64,000 nt of DNA from NCBI GenBank assembly GCA_022897995.1, contig GCA_022897995.1_4763.1. One strand, 5' to 3'. This document shows positions 55,154-64,000 of the stretch, one piece after another. Every line of letters begins with the position of its first letter. Within the stretch, counting starts at the first letter, position 1. Source of the DNA: a phage. The notes beneath the pieces are model-generated. The model worked only from the letters and a program-made list of their open reading frames with translations, was not told the origin of the DNA and made no database searches. The translations under genes were made by a program, and so were the position numbers.

Positions 55154-55516
55154 ATGATTGAAATTAATTTGATTAGTCCTGAAAACTTCCTTAAAATTAA
55201 GGAGACTTTAACCCGCTGCGGCATTGCCAACAATCGAGACAAGACACTGTATCAGTCTTGTCATATTCTCCAGAAGAAGGGGCGCTATTACATCGTTCAT
55301 TTCAAGGAGTTGTTGAAATTAGATGGTCGTAGTGTTAAAATGACGTGGGAAGATGAATTACGCCGTAATAACATTGCAAAACTTCTTGCGCAGTGGAATC
55401 TGTGTACCCTGATTGATAGTGATTTTGAAACTACCGAAGTTAATAATTTCCGTGTACTGTCTTTCAAACAGAAAGAAGAGTGGACGCTGATCGAGAAATA
55501 TCAGATCGGACGCTAA
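55154..55516 (+). CDS. regA: translational repressor RegA
   Basis: MIEINL...KETLTRCGIANN.DKTLYQSCHILQKKG.YYIVHFKE...NNFRVLSFKQKEEW matches T4 RegA. Confidence 0.9.
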   Translation: MIEINLISPENFLKIKETLTRCGIANNRDKTLYQSCHILQKKGRYYIVHFKELLKLDGRSVKMTWEDELRRNNIAKLLAQWNLCTLIDSDFETTEVNNFRVLSFKQKEEWTLIEKYQIGR

Positions 55517-55537
55517 GATACTGATGGGATAGGGGTA

Positions 55538-55566
55538 TTGACAAACTAGGTCGATTCCCCTATAAT
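55538..55566 (+). promoter_or_regulatory. sigma70-type promoter upstream of gene 43
   Basis: TTGACA, 17 bp spacer, TATAAT. Confidence 0.55.
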
Positions 55567-55598
55567 GAGTGTCTTTCGTAAATGAAGGAGTTTATATT

Positions 55599-56800
55599 AT
55601 GTATTTTCTGTCATGTGAGCGAGTGGGTGATAAGATCTACGAGCGTTATATTGATGATGCTGGACAAGAACAAGAGCGTTACGTTGAATATACGCCAACT
55701 TTATTTCATCATGCCGCGCCTGGTATGGTTACGAATTATAAAGATATCTATGGCAAGCCTTGCATTGCTAAAAAATTCCCATCTATGAACGAGGCCAACA
55801 AATGGCGTAAAAAGATGGGAGAAATGGGGCAAGAGGCGCTAGGGATGGATGATTTTATCATCTCCTATCTGTCTGATACGTATAAAGGCGAGATTCGATA
55901 TGACCGAAATAAAATCCGTGTAGCATGGGTTGATATCGAGGTCACTGCCCCAGAATTTCCTAAACCAGAAGAAGCGAAATATCCTATCGATGCAATTACG
56001 CATTATGATTCCGTACATGATCGTTTCTTTGTATTTGACTTGAAAGGAAAAAACGGTGAAATCTGGGAAGTAAGCAAGTCTATTCTTCGACCTGATATTG
56101 TAGAGCGTGTTGTTTATAACGTCTATGACACAGAAGATGAATTGCTGTTAGAATACATCCGATTCTTTGAGGAAAACCGACCCGTTGGTTTCACTGGCTG
56201 GAACACAGAAACATTCGATATTCCATATATCATTAAACGTATCAGTAATAAGTTCGGAAGTAGAACCGCTAACCGTCTAAGCCCGTGCGGTAAGATTAAA
56301 TCCCGAATCTCGCAGGATGATTTTGGCAACGAGCGTGAAGCATTTACGATCATGGGGATCGAAAGCCTTGATTATATTGACCTGTACAAGAAATTTAGCT
56401 TTACGACTCAACCAACATATGCATTAGATTATGTTGCTGAATATGAGACAGGAATCGGTAAGGTTGATTATGATGGTCCGTTAAAGAAATTGCGTGATGA
56501 CAACCATCAACTTTACATCGATTATAACATCGGCGACGTTGATCGTGTGCTGGCGATTGATAAAAAGCGTGGATTTATCGATCTTGTGTATAGTCTATGT
56601 TTCTATGCAAAGATTAAATTTAACCATGTTTATAACCCGATGAAAGTATGGGATGCTATTATCTTCGGATCTCTGAAAGCTGAGGGTAAAGTAGTACCGG
56701 AAAATAAGATACAGCCTAAGCAGACTTATCCGGGCGCATTCGTAAAAGAACCTGTGCCGAATGCTTACCGTTGGATGATGAGCTTTGACCTTACTTCCCT
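55599..56800 (+). CDS. 43: DNA polymerase gp43, exon 1
   Basis: MYFLSCERVGDKIYERYIDD... through ...MMSFDLTSL; reading frame terminates 2 codons after the motif-A DLTSL; exon inferred to end at the T at 56800. Confidence 0.85.
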
Positions 56801-57914
56801 AAACTGATATGGGGCTTTCACTGGTGACAGTGATCGAATAACCTGCTTAATTGCTGGGAAATCTCTAAGGAGACAATCAGCAGCAGTTGCATTTTGAGCT
56901 AACGTGTCTTATAATGTATATAGATATTGATATACATTGGAGGCGCGAGATGAAAGACATTTTAAGAAAGTACGAAATACATAACGAGGAAGCATTAAAC
57001 GACTACATTAAACTGGTGTCTAATCCGTATCAGGGTGAAGAATATTCCGAGGTGCATCATATATGCCCGAAGTCAATGTTCCCGGAATATCGGTTAGATA
57101 AATGGAATCTTGTTAGGCTTAAGTTTGAAGACCACGTCGAGGCACATCGGTTATTGTGCTTAATATTCAATAACGGTGAATGCAAGAGAGCATATGCTTT
57201 CATCTCTAGAGGATCTTATGACGATAAAGTGAAGGCGTTAACCAAAGATGCATTCGCTGGAGACAATAACCCAGCCAAGCGAGAGGAAGTTAGACTGAAA
57301 ATATCCGAAAACAAGACCGGAAAAGCCAGAACCGATATGAGCGGAAAGAAATATTTCGGGGCTGATGAGGACACTATACGAAAAGGTCTTGATTCTATGG
57401 CAGAAAAGCTAAAGAATACTGTTATCGTTAAGGATAAGGAAGGAAATCGGTTTAGAGTTAGTTGTGATGATCCTAGATATGTTTCCGGTGAGTTGGTATC
57501 ATTTAATACTGGCGAGAAACGCGAAAATTCAGCGTCTAAACGACCGGAAGTTATGAGTAAAATAATGTCAAAACGTAATGAAACTTATGCTAAATTTGCA
57601 AGTTTCACATTTGATGAAATGGTGAATTTTCTTGTTGAAGCACACAATTCAGGAAAAGAGATTTTTGGTAAGAAGAAACCTTTTGCTAAGAATTATAGCG
57701 GATACTGTAAGAGAACACCGTTTGATCAAAATGAGCTTAAAGATGCAGTTGTTCAACGACTATCGAAAGGGTAACGAACCGAGTAGAGTAGAATCAAGCG
57801 ATTCGAAATGGCAGGATTCTCTATGAGAATGTGATATAGTCTGATCTACATGGTGACATGTAGCAGTTCGCAAGAGAACGGGCGCGGGAGTAGCGAACCG
57901 CGCTGAACATAATG
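56801..57914 (+). other. group I self-splicing intron (td-like) interrupting gene 43
   Basis: Intervening 1114 nt; 5' exon ends in T and intron starts aaactgatatgggg (G-run can pair with exon CCCT as P1); 3' segment gatatagtctgatctacatggtgacatgtagcag...ctgaacataatg| resembles the T4 td intron 3' end; exons join in frame to give SLYPSIIRQVNISPETI. Confidence 0.75.
56950..57774 (+). CDS. intron-encoded HNH homing endonuclease
   Basis: ATG after GGAGGCGCGAG; HNH motif EVHHICPKS...HVEAH; Lys-rich repeated modules; lies wholly inside the intron. Confidence 0.75.
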   Translation: MKDILRKYEIHNEEALNDYIKLVSNPYQGEEYSEVHHICPKSMFPEYRLDKWNLVRLKFEDHVEAHRLLCLIFNNGECKRAYAFISRGSYDDKVKALTKDAFAGDNNPAKREEVRLKISENKTGKARTDMSGKKYFGADEDTIRKGLDSMAEKLKNTVIVKDKEGNRFRVSCDDPRYVSGELVSFNTGEKRENSASKRPEVMSKIMSKRNETYAKFASFTFDEMVNFLVEAHNSGKEIFGKKKPFAKNYSGYCKRTPFDQNELKDAVVQRLSKG

Positions 57915-59391
57915 GTATCCATCAATCATCCGTCAGGTTAACATTTCGCCGGAAACAATCGCCGGATCTTTTGATGCTGCACCGATGCACGAGTATATCA
58001 ATAAAACTGCACCACGTCCGAGTGATGAGTATTCTTGCTCGCCTAACGGATGGATGTATCGAAAAGATATTCATGGTATCGTACCGATTGAGATTAAAAA
58101 GGTATTCGATCAGCGTAAGCAGTACAAAAACATGATGTTGGCGTGTGATCGCAATGCTGAACTCTGTAAAGCGATTCTACACGATGAAAATCATGTTTAC
58201 GGGGGAACCATTAGCTATAGCGTTGAAGTTCGTCACGACTTCGATGAAGCGTTTAAATCTATGCTTTCGGAATTAAGCAAAGATGCCTTAGAGAAATTGC
58301 TGGAAGAATGTAAAGACGAGTCGATCTTGTGCAATACAAACCAGCTTTCTCGAAAAGTTTTGATCAACTCCCTTTATGGTGCGTTGGGGAATCCTAAATT
58401 CCGTTTTTATGATCTCCGTAACGCTAGTGCGATCACCTTGTTTGGTCAGCTTGCAATTCAGTGGATTGAGCGTAAGATTAACGAATACTTAAACGAGCTT
58501 TGCGGAACAACCGATTTTGCATATGTTCGTTATTGTGATACTGACTCCGTTTATGTGCTGGTTAACAATGTTGTTGATAAGGTTGGCGGGGAAGACCGTT
58601 TCGACGATACCGAAAAACTTGTTGACTTCCTTGATAATTTCGGTAAACATCGAATGGAACCTATTATCGACAAGGGATATCGCGAGTTATGCGAGTACAT
58701 GAACAACTATGAGCACTTGATGTTTATGGACCGCGAGGCAATTGCTGGTCCTCCGTTGAAATCTGCGGGTATCGGTGGATTCTGGACGGGTAAAAAACGC
58801 TATGCTCTTAATGTTTGGGATATGGAAGGAACGCGCTTTGCTGAGCCTAAGCTAAAAATCATGGGCTTGGAAACGCAACGTAGCTCCACCCCTAAAGCAT
58901 GTCAGAAATCACTGAAAGAATGTATTCGCCGTATGTTGCAGGAAGGTGAAGAGTCATTGCAGGAATATTACGGTATTTTTGAGCAAGAGTTTAGAAAACT
59001 TGACTATCTTGAGGTTGCTGCGGTATCATCTGCAAACAACCTACAGAAATACAGCGATTCAAACGGGTATCCGATTAAGGGTTGTCCGTATGCGGTTAAG
59101 AGTGTATTGTGCTATAATCGTAATGCTCGAAAATTCGGACTAGATCCGATTCGTGAGGGCGAGAAGGTTATGATTGTACCGCTTAAAGACCGAAATCCGT
59201 TTGGAGAAATCTGTTTTGGTTGGTTGTCCGGTACTCGTATTCCGCCAGAAATTGAATCAGAGGTGTTAAAGTGGTTGGACTGGCCTTTGTTGTTTAATAA
59301 GACTTTCGTCAAACCACTGGAGAACATTACCACGGCTGCAAAGCTGCAATATGAAAAGGTGGCATCGCTTACGGACCTGTTTGACATTTAA
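57915..59391 (+). CDS. 43: DNA polymerase gp43, exon 2
   Basis: Open frame upstream of the track ATG (57985) encodes YPSIIRQVNISPETIAGSFDAAP then MHEYINKTAPRPSDEYSCSPNGWMY..., continuous with T4 gp43; contains NSLYGALGN and YCDTDS polymerase motifs. Confidence 0.85.
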
Positions 59392-59452
59392 GATAAAGTG
59401 TGTATAATGGCGGGTGTTGGGTGACGATACCCGCCAACGTGAGAAATATACT

Positions 59453-59641
59453 ATGAGAGACATTGAAAAGATTAAACGTGAACGTGAAGAAGGCATAGAG
59501 CATTTCAAGAAAGTTCACGGAAATCACAGCAACGAAGTATTTGTGACGATCGATGTTGGTGCGATGAAAAAGTTAATTCAAGAGCACTACAAAGATCGAA
59601 TAACAATGAAGCAATTAAAGTATTACGGATTAACTGAATAG
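59453..59641 (+). CDS. hypothetical protein
   Basis: 62-aa ORF between gene 43 and uvsX. Confidence 0.4.
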   Translation: MRDIEKIKREREEGIEHFKKVHGNHSNEVFVTIDVGAMKKLIQEHYKDRITMKQLKYYGLTE

Positions 59642-59652
59642 AGGTATTAATA

Positions 59653-60723
59653 ATGTCTGTACTTGAAAAACTGAAAAAGAACTCTACCCTGAAAACTACT
59701 TCGGTACTGTCTAAATCCAGCTTCTTTAACGAAAAAACAAATACTCGCACTAAGATCCCGATGCTGAATATTGCGTTTTCAGGTGATCTTAAAAAAGGAT
59801 TTCAATCTGGTCTGATTTTCTTTGCTGGTCCGTCTAAGCACTTTAAATCAAACATGGGATTAACTTGTGTTAGTGCATACATGAAACAGAATCCTGATGC
59901 GGCGTGTTTGTTCTTTGATTCTGAGTTCGGTATTACACCCGCTTATCTTGAATCTATGGGTGTAGATCCTGATCGCGTGGTGCATGTTCCAATCAAGAAC
60001 ATCGAAGAACTTAAATTTGAAATCATGAACCAGCTTGAGCAAATTACCCGTGAAGATAAAGTGATCATCTTTATTGACTCAATCGGTAACTTAGCAAGTA
60101 AAAAAGAAGTTGAAGACGCGATTAATGAGAAATCCGCACAGGATATGACGCGAGCGAAAGCACTTAAAGGCTTGTTCCGTATGGTTACGCCGTATCTGAC
60201 TATGAATGATATCCCGTGCATCGCTATTAACCACACTTACGAAACGCAAGAAATGTTTAGTAAGACCGTTATGTCCGGCGGTACGGGCGCGATGTATTCA
60301 GCCAATGAAGTTTTCATTATTGGTCGTCGTCAGCAGAAAGAAGGAACCGAAATTACTGGTTATGATTTTATCCTGAATGCGGAAAAATCACGAACCGTTA
60401 AAGAAAAATCGAAGTTCCCGATTAGCGTAACATTTAGCGGTGGCATCGATCCTTATTCCGGCTTGCTGGAATTGGCTGTAGAGTTAGGTTGGGTAGTGAA
60501 ACCGTCAAACGGCTGGTATTCTCGTTCCATCCTGAATACTGAGACCGGAGAGATGGAAACCGAAGAACGCAAGTTCCGTGCTAAAGAAACCAATAGCATT
60601 GAGTTCTGGAAACCACTTCTGACAAACGATAAGTTTAACGAAGCAATCAACGATCATTATAAGCTGGGGCAAGTGATCAGCGACGAAGCAGTTGACAAAG
60701 AAATCGAAGATATGTTAGCATAA
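59653..60723 (+). CDS. uvsX: RecA-like recombinase UvsX
   Basis: FFNEK...RTKIPMLNIAFSG...GLIFFAGPSKHFKSN...FFDSEFGITPAYLESMGVDPDRV...INHTYETQEMFSKTVM matches T4 UvsX. Confidence 0.9.
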   Translation: MSVLEKLKKNSTLKTTSVLSKSSFFNEKTNTRTKIPMLNIAFSGDLKKGFQSGLIFFAGPSKHFKSNMGLTCVSAYMKQNPDAACLFFDSEFGITPAYLESMGVDPDRVVHVPIKNIEELKFEIMNQLEQITREDKVIIFIDSIGNLASKKEVEDAINEKSAQDMTRAKALKGLFRMVTPYLTMNDIPCIAINHTYETQEMFSKTVMSGGTGAMYSANEVFIIGRRQQKEGTEITGYDFILNAEKSRTVKEKSKFPISVTFSGGIDPYSGLLELAVELGWVVKPSNGWYSRSILNTETGEMETEERKFRAKETNSIEFWKPLLTNDKFNEAINDHYKLGQVISDEAVDKEIEDMLA

Positions 60724-60735
60724 CTATGGTAGTAA

Positions 60736-60760
60736 AGGGGCTACGTGCCCCTTTTTCATA
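60736..60760 (+). terminator. rho-independent terminator
   Basis: aggggctacgtgcccct hairpin plus TTTTTC. Confidence 0.5.
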
Positions 60761-60778
60761 TCTAGAGAGGATTATATT

Positions 60779-61096
60779 ATGGATAAGAAACCAACAAGTT
60801 TAGAAGAAGCACACAGCTTGATTCAAGAAGCAATGAAGACAGTTATTCAGGAATTGATAATTGTTGATGAAGAGGGAGAACATCATATTGTCTATATTCA
60901 TAATGTTGAATACGATCCAGACACTAAAGGTATTGTGGTCGACTACTCCACGCCGTCAGATCGTGATGTGGTATATCCACACGTCATTAAGGCGTTAACA
61001 GCGCAGATCAAAGAAGCAGAAGAAAAGTTGAAAAAAGAAACTTTCTGGTATAAACTCAAGACCTTTGTTATGCGTGTAGTTGGGGGCTATGTATGA
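60779..61096 (+). CDS. hypothetical protein (positional equivalent of T4 gene 40)
   Basis: 105-aa ORF between uvsX and gene 41; position only. Confidence 0.4.
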   Translation: MDKKPTSLEEAHSLIQEAMKTVIQELIIVDEEGEHHIVYIHNVEYDPDTKGIVVDYSTPSDRDVVYPHVIKALTAQIKEAEEKLKKETFWYKLKTFVMRVVGGYV

Positions 61097-62505
61097 TTAA
61101 AACTATCTTTTCACAGTTGATTTACAATGGCGCATTCTTTACGAATGTATGGCCTCACCTTAAAGCGGACTACTTCACCGAAGACGAAGAAAAACTGATT
61201 TATAAGCTGATTAAAAAGCACGTAGACGAATATTCCAATATTCCTACGCCAACTGCATTACAGATTGCTTTAGACAAGGAGAGAGGCAATCAGACAACAT
61301 ATGAAGGGGCTAAAACTCTTCTTGATTCGCTTGAGAATACACCGGAAGACCTTGATTGGTTAATGAAGGAAACAGAAAAATTTATCCGTGACCGAGCTAT
61401 GTATAATGCAATGTCACGGGCACTAGAGATTCAGGCGAACGCACAACTACCAAAAGAGAAACAGAATAAGAAATTGCCGAGTGAGGGTGCTATTCCTGAG
61501 ATCATGCAGGAAGCACTATCCATTACGTTTGATTCTGATGTAGGTCATGACTGGTTTAATGACTTTGAAAAACGATTCTTGCTATATCAGACTAAGGCGA
61601 ATAAGATCCCGTTTAAGCTGCCGATGTTGAATAAAATCACGAAAGGAGGGGCGGAAAGAAAAACGCTAAATGTGTTGCTTGCTGGTGTAAACGTTGGTAA
61701 ATCGCTTGGACTGTGTTCTCTTGCTGCGGATTATATGGAATGTGGTTATGATGTATTGTATATCTCAATGGAGATGGCAGAGCATGTAGTAGCAAAACGT
61801 ATCGACGCAAACTTGCTTGACATTACATTAGATGAATTGGATAATGGTAATGTTTCTTTTGCGGAATATTCCGCACGCATGAAGCGTGTTAAGAATAAGA
61901 AGATCGGAGATCGTCCGGTTGGAAAATTGATGATCAAGCAGTATCCGACTGGTGGCGCGAACTCCAATCACTTTGAGGCGTTAATGAATGAATTGCGACT
62001 CAAGAAACAGTTTAAACCTGATGTTGTGATTGTTGACTATCTGGGGATTTGCGCATCGTCTCGCTTGCGTGTATACTCTGAAAATAGTTACACACTAGTT
62101 AAGGCGATTGCGGAAGAACTGCGAGGATTTTTTGTTAAGTGGGATGTTGTTGGTTGGACTGCGGCACAGACTACCCGCGCGGGTTGGGATGCTTCCGACC
62201 TTAACATGAGTGATACCGCTGAATCAGCAGGTCTTCCGGCTACTGCCGACTTTATGTTGGGTGTTATCGAAACCGAAGACCTGGCTAAAATGGGCGTCCA
62301 ACTCATGAAGCAGATCAAGTCTCGTTACGGTGATAAGAACTATTATTCACGGTTTAACGTTGGTGTGAAGAAAGGCAATCAGCGTTGGTATGAAGTACCA
62401 AACCAGATCGCAGATCAGGAGAATGCACAAGTTAAACCACAAAGCGCACAGCAAGCCGAGAAACGAGAAAAACTCGACGAGCTAGCAAATAACATGACTT
62501 TCTAA
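61093..62505 (+). CDS. 41: replicative DNA helicase gp41 (DnaB-like)
   Basis: 470 aa; Walker A LLAGVNVGKSLGL; Walker B VVIVDYLG; position after uvsX. Confidence 0.85.
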   Translation: MIKTIFSQLIYNGAFFTNVWPHLKADYFTEDEEKLIYKLIKKHVDEYSNIPTPTALQIALDKERGNQTTYEGAKTLLDSLENTPEDLDWLMKETEKFIRDRAMYNAMSRALEIQANAQLPKEKQNKKLPSEGAIPEIMQEALSITFDSDVGHDWFNDFEKRFLLYQTKANKIPFKLPMLNKITKGGAERKTLNVLLAGVNVGKSLGLCSLAADYMECGYDVLYISMEMAEHVVAKRIDANLLDITLDELDNGNVSFAEYSARMKRVKNKKIGDRPVGKLMIKQYPTGGANSNHFEALMNELRLKKQFKPDVVIVDYLGICASSRLRVYSENSYTLVKAIAEELRGFFVKWDVVGWTAAQTTRAGWDASDLNMSDTAESAGLPATADFMLGVIETEDLAKMGVQLMKQIKSRYGDKNYYSRFNVGVKKGNQRWYEVPNQIADQENAQVKPQSAQQAEKREKLDELANNMTF

Positions 62506-62555
62506 TAAAATGCGCCCTGCGGGGCGCTGGTGAATGATTTGATAGGAGATATAAC

Positions 62556-63191
62556 ATGATCGCTAATGCTTTACCGCCAAAATGGATCGTAAGTCGCTTT
62601 TATACTCTCAAGGAAGGTAACGCACCTGATGGTCGTCCGATCCGAGATCTGTTTCTGGAGATGACTACAGCCGAAGCACAGTTTTATAATGATCTGACAG
62701 ACGATAAGCCATTTCTCGTAAATTCGGTGGACCTCGATGGCAATGTCACATCAATCATCACACATGGTGGGGGAGTGAAAAATATTACTTCTCTGCGTGA
62801 TCACGGTTGGGAAATTGCTTGTGTATTTCCTGCGGATGTACGCGGATTCTTTGATGAGGTATCTGATATTAAAGTAAATGCACTAGAACCATATAACGAG
62901 AACCCACCCCTGAAAGAAGAAAAAGAGTTGACACCGGAAGATGTAGGTAGTACACTACACCCAGACCTATTTAAGAAGATTAGCGGTTTATGGACTGTTA
63001 CCCTGTATCCAACCGCATTAGGTCTAGAATTGGGTATGCCAACTTATTCTGATATTGATAACTGGAATAAGAGCATTGATAAAGATGTTGAAAAACAGCG
63101 AAATAATGCTAAAATGCAACTTAAAGAGAAACGCAAAGATCTTGAACGACAACTGAAAGAAACAAAACATTTGCTTTCTACATTCGCTTGA
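62556..63191 (+). CDS. hypothetical protein
   Basis: 211-aa ORF downstream of gene 41. Confidence 0.45.
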   Translation: MIANALPPKWIVSRFYTLKEGNAPDGRPIRDLFLEMTTAEAQFYNDLTDDKPFLVNSVDLDGNVTSIITHGGGVKNITSLRDHGWEIACVFPADVRGFFDEVSDIKVNALEPYNENPPLKEEKELTPEDVGSTLHPDLFKKISGLWTVTLYPTALGLELGMPTYSDIDNWNKSIDKDVEKQRNNAKMQLKEKRKDLERQLKETKHLLSTFA

Positions 63192-63221
63192 TCTATAATG
63201 AAACTCTAAGGAGACTATATT

Positions 63222-63599
63222 ATGAAAAATATGATTACGCCGGAAGATGTAGCATTCAAAACCGCATTCAACGGAGATATTCTTATTTTTATCGACGGTA
63301 AACACGCCGGAATGATTGAACCGGAAGGTCGCTGGGGTGTTGCTGAACTATATAACGTGGCGGGTGTAGAAGGTCATAAAACAGCACTTGTTTTCTTGTC
63401 GGATAAAGATCAAATGCGTCGAAAAATTGCTGCGCTCTATAATGAAGCAGTATATTTCTACGAACCGTTTCATCGTATTAAAACGATCTCCCGCGTGACT
63501 CGAAAAGATGTTAATGCTTGTGTTATCAAGATTGTAGAGAATCAGGATAAACTGACGAAAGACCAGATTGTTGACTTACTGAAAGAGATTATTCTATGA
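63222..63599 (+). CDS. hypothetical protein
   Basis: 125-aa ORF after GGAGACTATATT. Confidence 0.45.
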   Translation: MKNMITPEDVAFKTAFNGDILIFIDGKHAGMIEPEGRWGVAELYNVAGVEGHKTALVFLSDKDQMRRKIAALYNEAVYFYEPFHRIKTISRVTRKDVNACVIKIVENQDKLTKDQIVDLLKEIIL

Positions 63600-63772
63600 T
63601 TGGCTTTAAACAGTTTGTTGAAGAAAATAAACTCAAAGAAGATATGACCGCTGGCGATGCTGGCGGCAATCCTGAGAAGATCGCAGCAGGGGAAACGAGC
63701 GGATCTATTACCAATCGTGGACCTAGTGTAGCGGGTAAAGAAAAACGCAAAAAGGAGAAAGACGGTGCTTAG
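63596..63772 (+). CDS. small hypothetical protein (58 aa)
   Basis: Coupled ATG; Gly/Lys-rich; below the track cutoff. Confidence 0.3.
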   Translation: MIGFKQFVEENKLKEDMTAGDAGGNPEKIAAGETSGSITNRGPSVAGKEKRKKEKDGA

Positions 63773-63923
63773 TATCATCATGTTTATCGTTGGCTTGCTG
63801 TCCGCTATTATCGGTGTTGTTGTTTTCGGATTATCTGGACACAAAACAAAAACAGAAAAGTTATCCGAGATCACAATGTATGTTGGTGTAGTTCTCATTC
63901 TGTTGTCGGTGGCGCTTAAATGA
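63765..63923 (+). CDS. small membrane protein (GTG start)
   Basis: AAGGAGAAAGAC then GTG; two hydrophobic stretches. Confidence 0.3.
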   Translation: MLSIIMFIVGLLSAIIGVVVFGLSGHKTKTEKLSEITMYVGVVLILLSVALK

Positions 63924-64000
63924 TTACGATGAAATGTCTTAAAAGCACATATGCACTTTTTGAAGCCGGAAAAGAATATGAATTTACAGAAATTGATTCG
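63920..64000 (+). CDS. hypothetical protein, N-terminal fragment (continues past window end)
   Basis: ATG overlapping the previous stop (ATGA); open to the window end. Confidence 0.3.
   Translation, partial: MITMKCLKSTYALFEAGKEYEFTEIDS

Noticed and set aside
55599-59391. Gene 43 encoded as two independent genes (43A/43B) separated by a homing endonuclease, without splicing
   Set aside because: Not fully excluded, but the td-like 3' terminus, 5' exon ending in U with a G-run guide, and the exact in-frame restoration of DLTSL-YPSII favour a group I intron; kept as an alternative in the finding.
1-64000. CRISPR array, integrase, transposase or prophage attachment sites
   Set aside because: No spaced direct-repeat array was seen and no recombinase motif was recognised in any ORF; the only mobile-type elements are the two HNH endonuclease genes and the intron.

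Overview
This window is a T4-like (Tevenvirinae) myovirus genome segment, co-linear with the T4 map. The left end carries late baseplate genes on the minus strand (gp8 N-terminal fragment, gp7, gp6, gp5.4, gp5.1, gp5, gp53). Next come gp4, gp2, gp3, gp1, gp57A and gp57B on the plus strand. A long, plastic early region on the plus strand follows, holding the endolysin, RegB, tk, Dam, NrdC, endonuclease VII, NrdD, NrdG, NrdH and gp55. The right end is the replication/recombination block: gp47, gp46, gp45, gp44, gp62, RegA, gp43, UvsX, gp41. All identifications rest on reading the translated ORFs against remembered T4 protein sequences and motifs; no database search was run. Early genes are punctuated by about 20 sigma70-type promoters (TTGACA, 16-18 bp spacer, TATAAT-like), many with the spacer and -10 inside a GC-rich inverted repeat; this matches my recollection of the PeSL cassettes described for RB49-like phages, so the phage is probably of that group. 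The most notable observations are: (1) gene 43 (DNA polymerase) is interrupted inside the DLTSL/YPSII motif by a roughly 1.1 kb td-like group I intron carrying an HNH endonuclease ORF; (2) a TARG1/DarG-type macrodomain protein in the regB-tk interval, a candidate ADP-ribosylation-reversing counter-defence factor; (3) a two-locus expansion of at least eight paralogous two-domain proteins flanking the nrdD-nrdG module; (4) a GrcA-like glycyl-radical protein and a Pol-beta-type nucleotidyltransferase as cargo; (5) a T4 late-promoter motif inside a hairpin, upstream of a secreted protein and a 714-aa multi-Ig-like-domain protein, embedded in the early region. No single candidate can be confirmed as a new system without searches. 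No CRISPR array or convincing tRNA was found. My hand-counted coordinates may be off by 1-2 nt; ORF-track coordinates were used where available.
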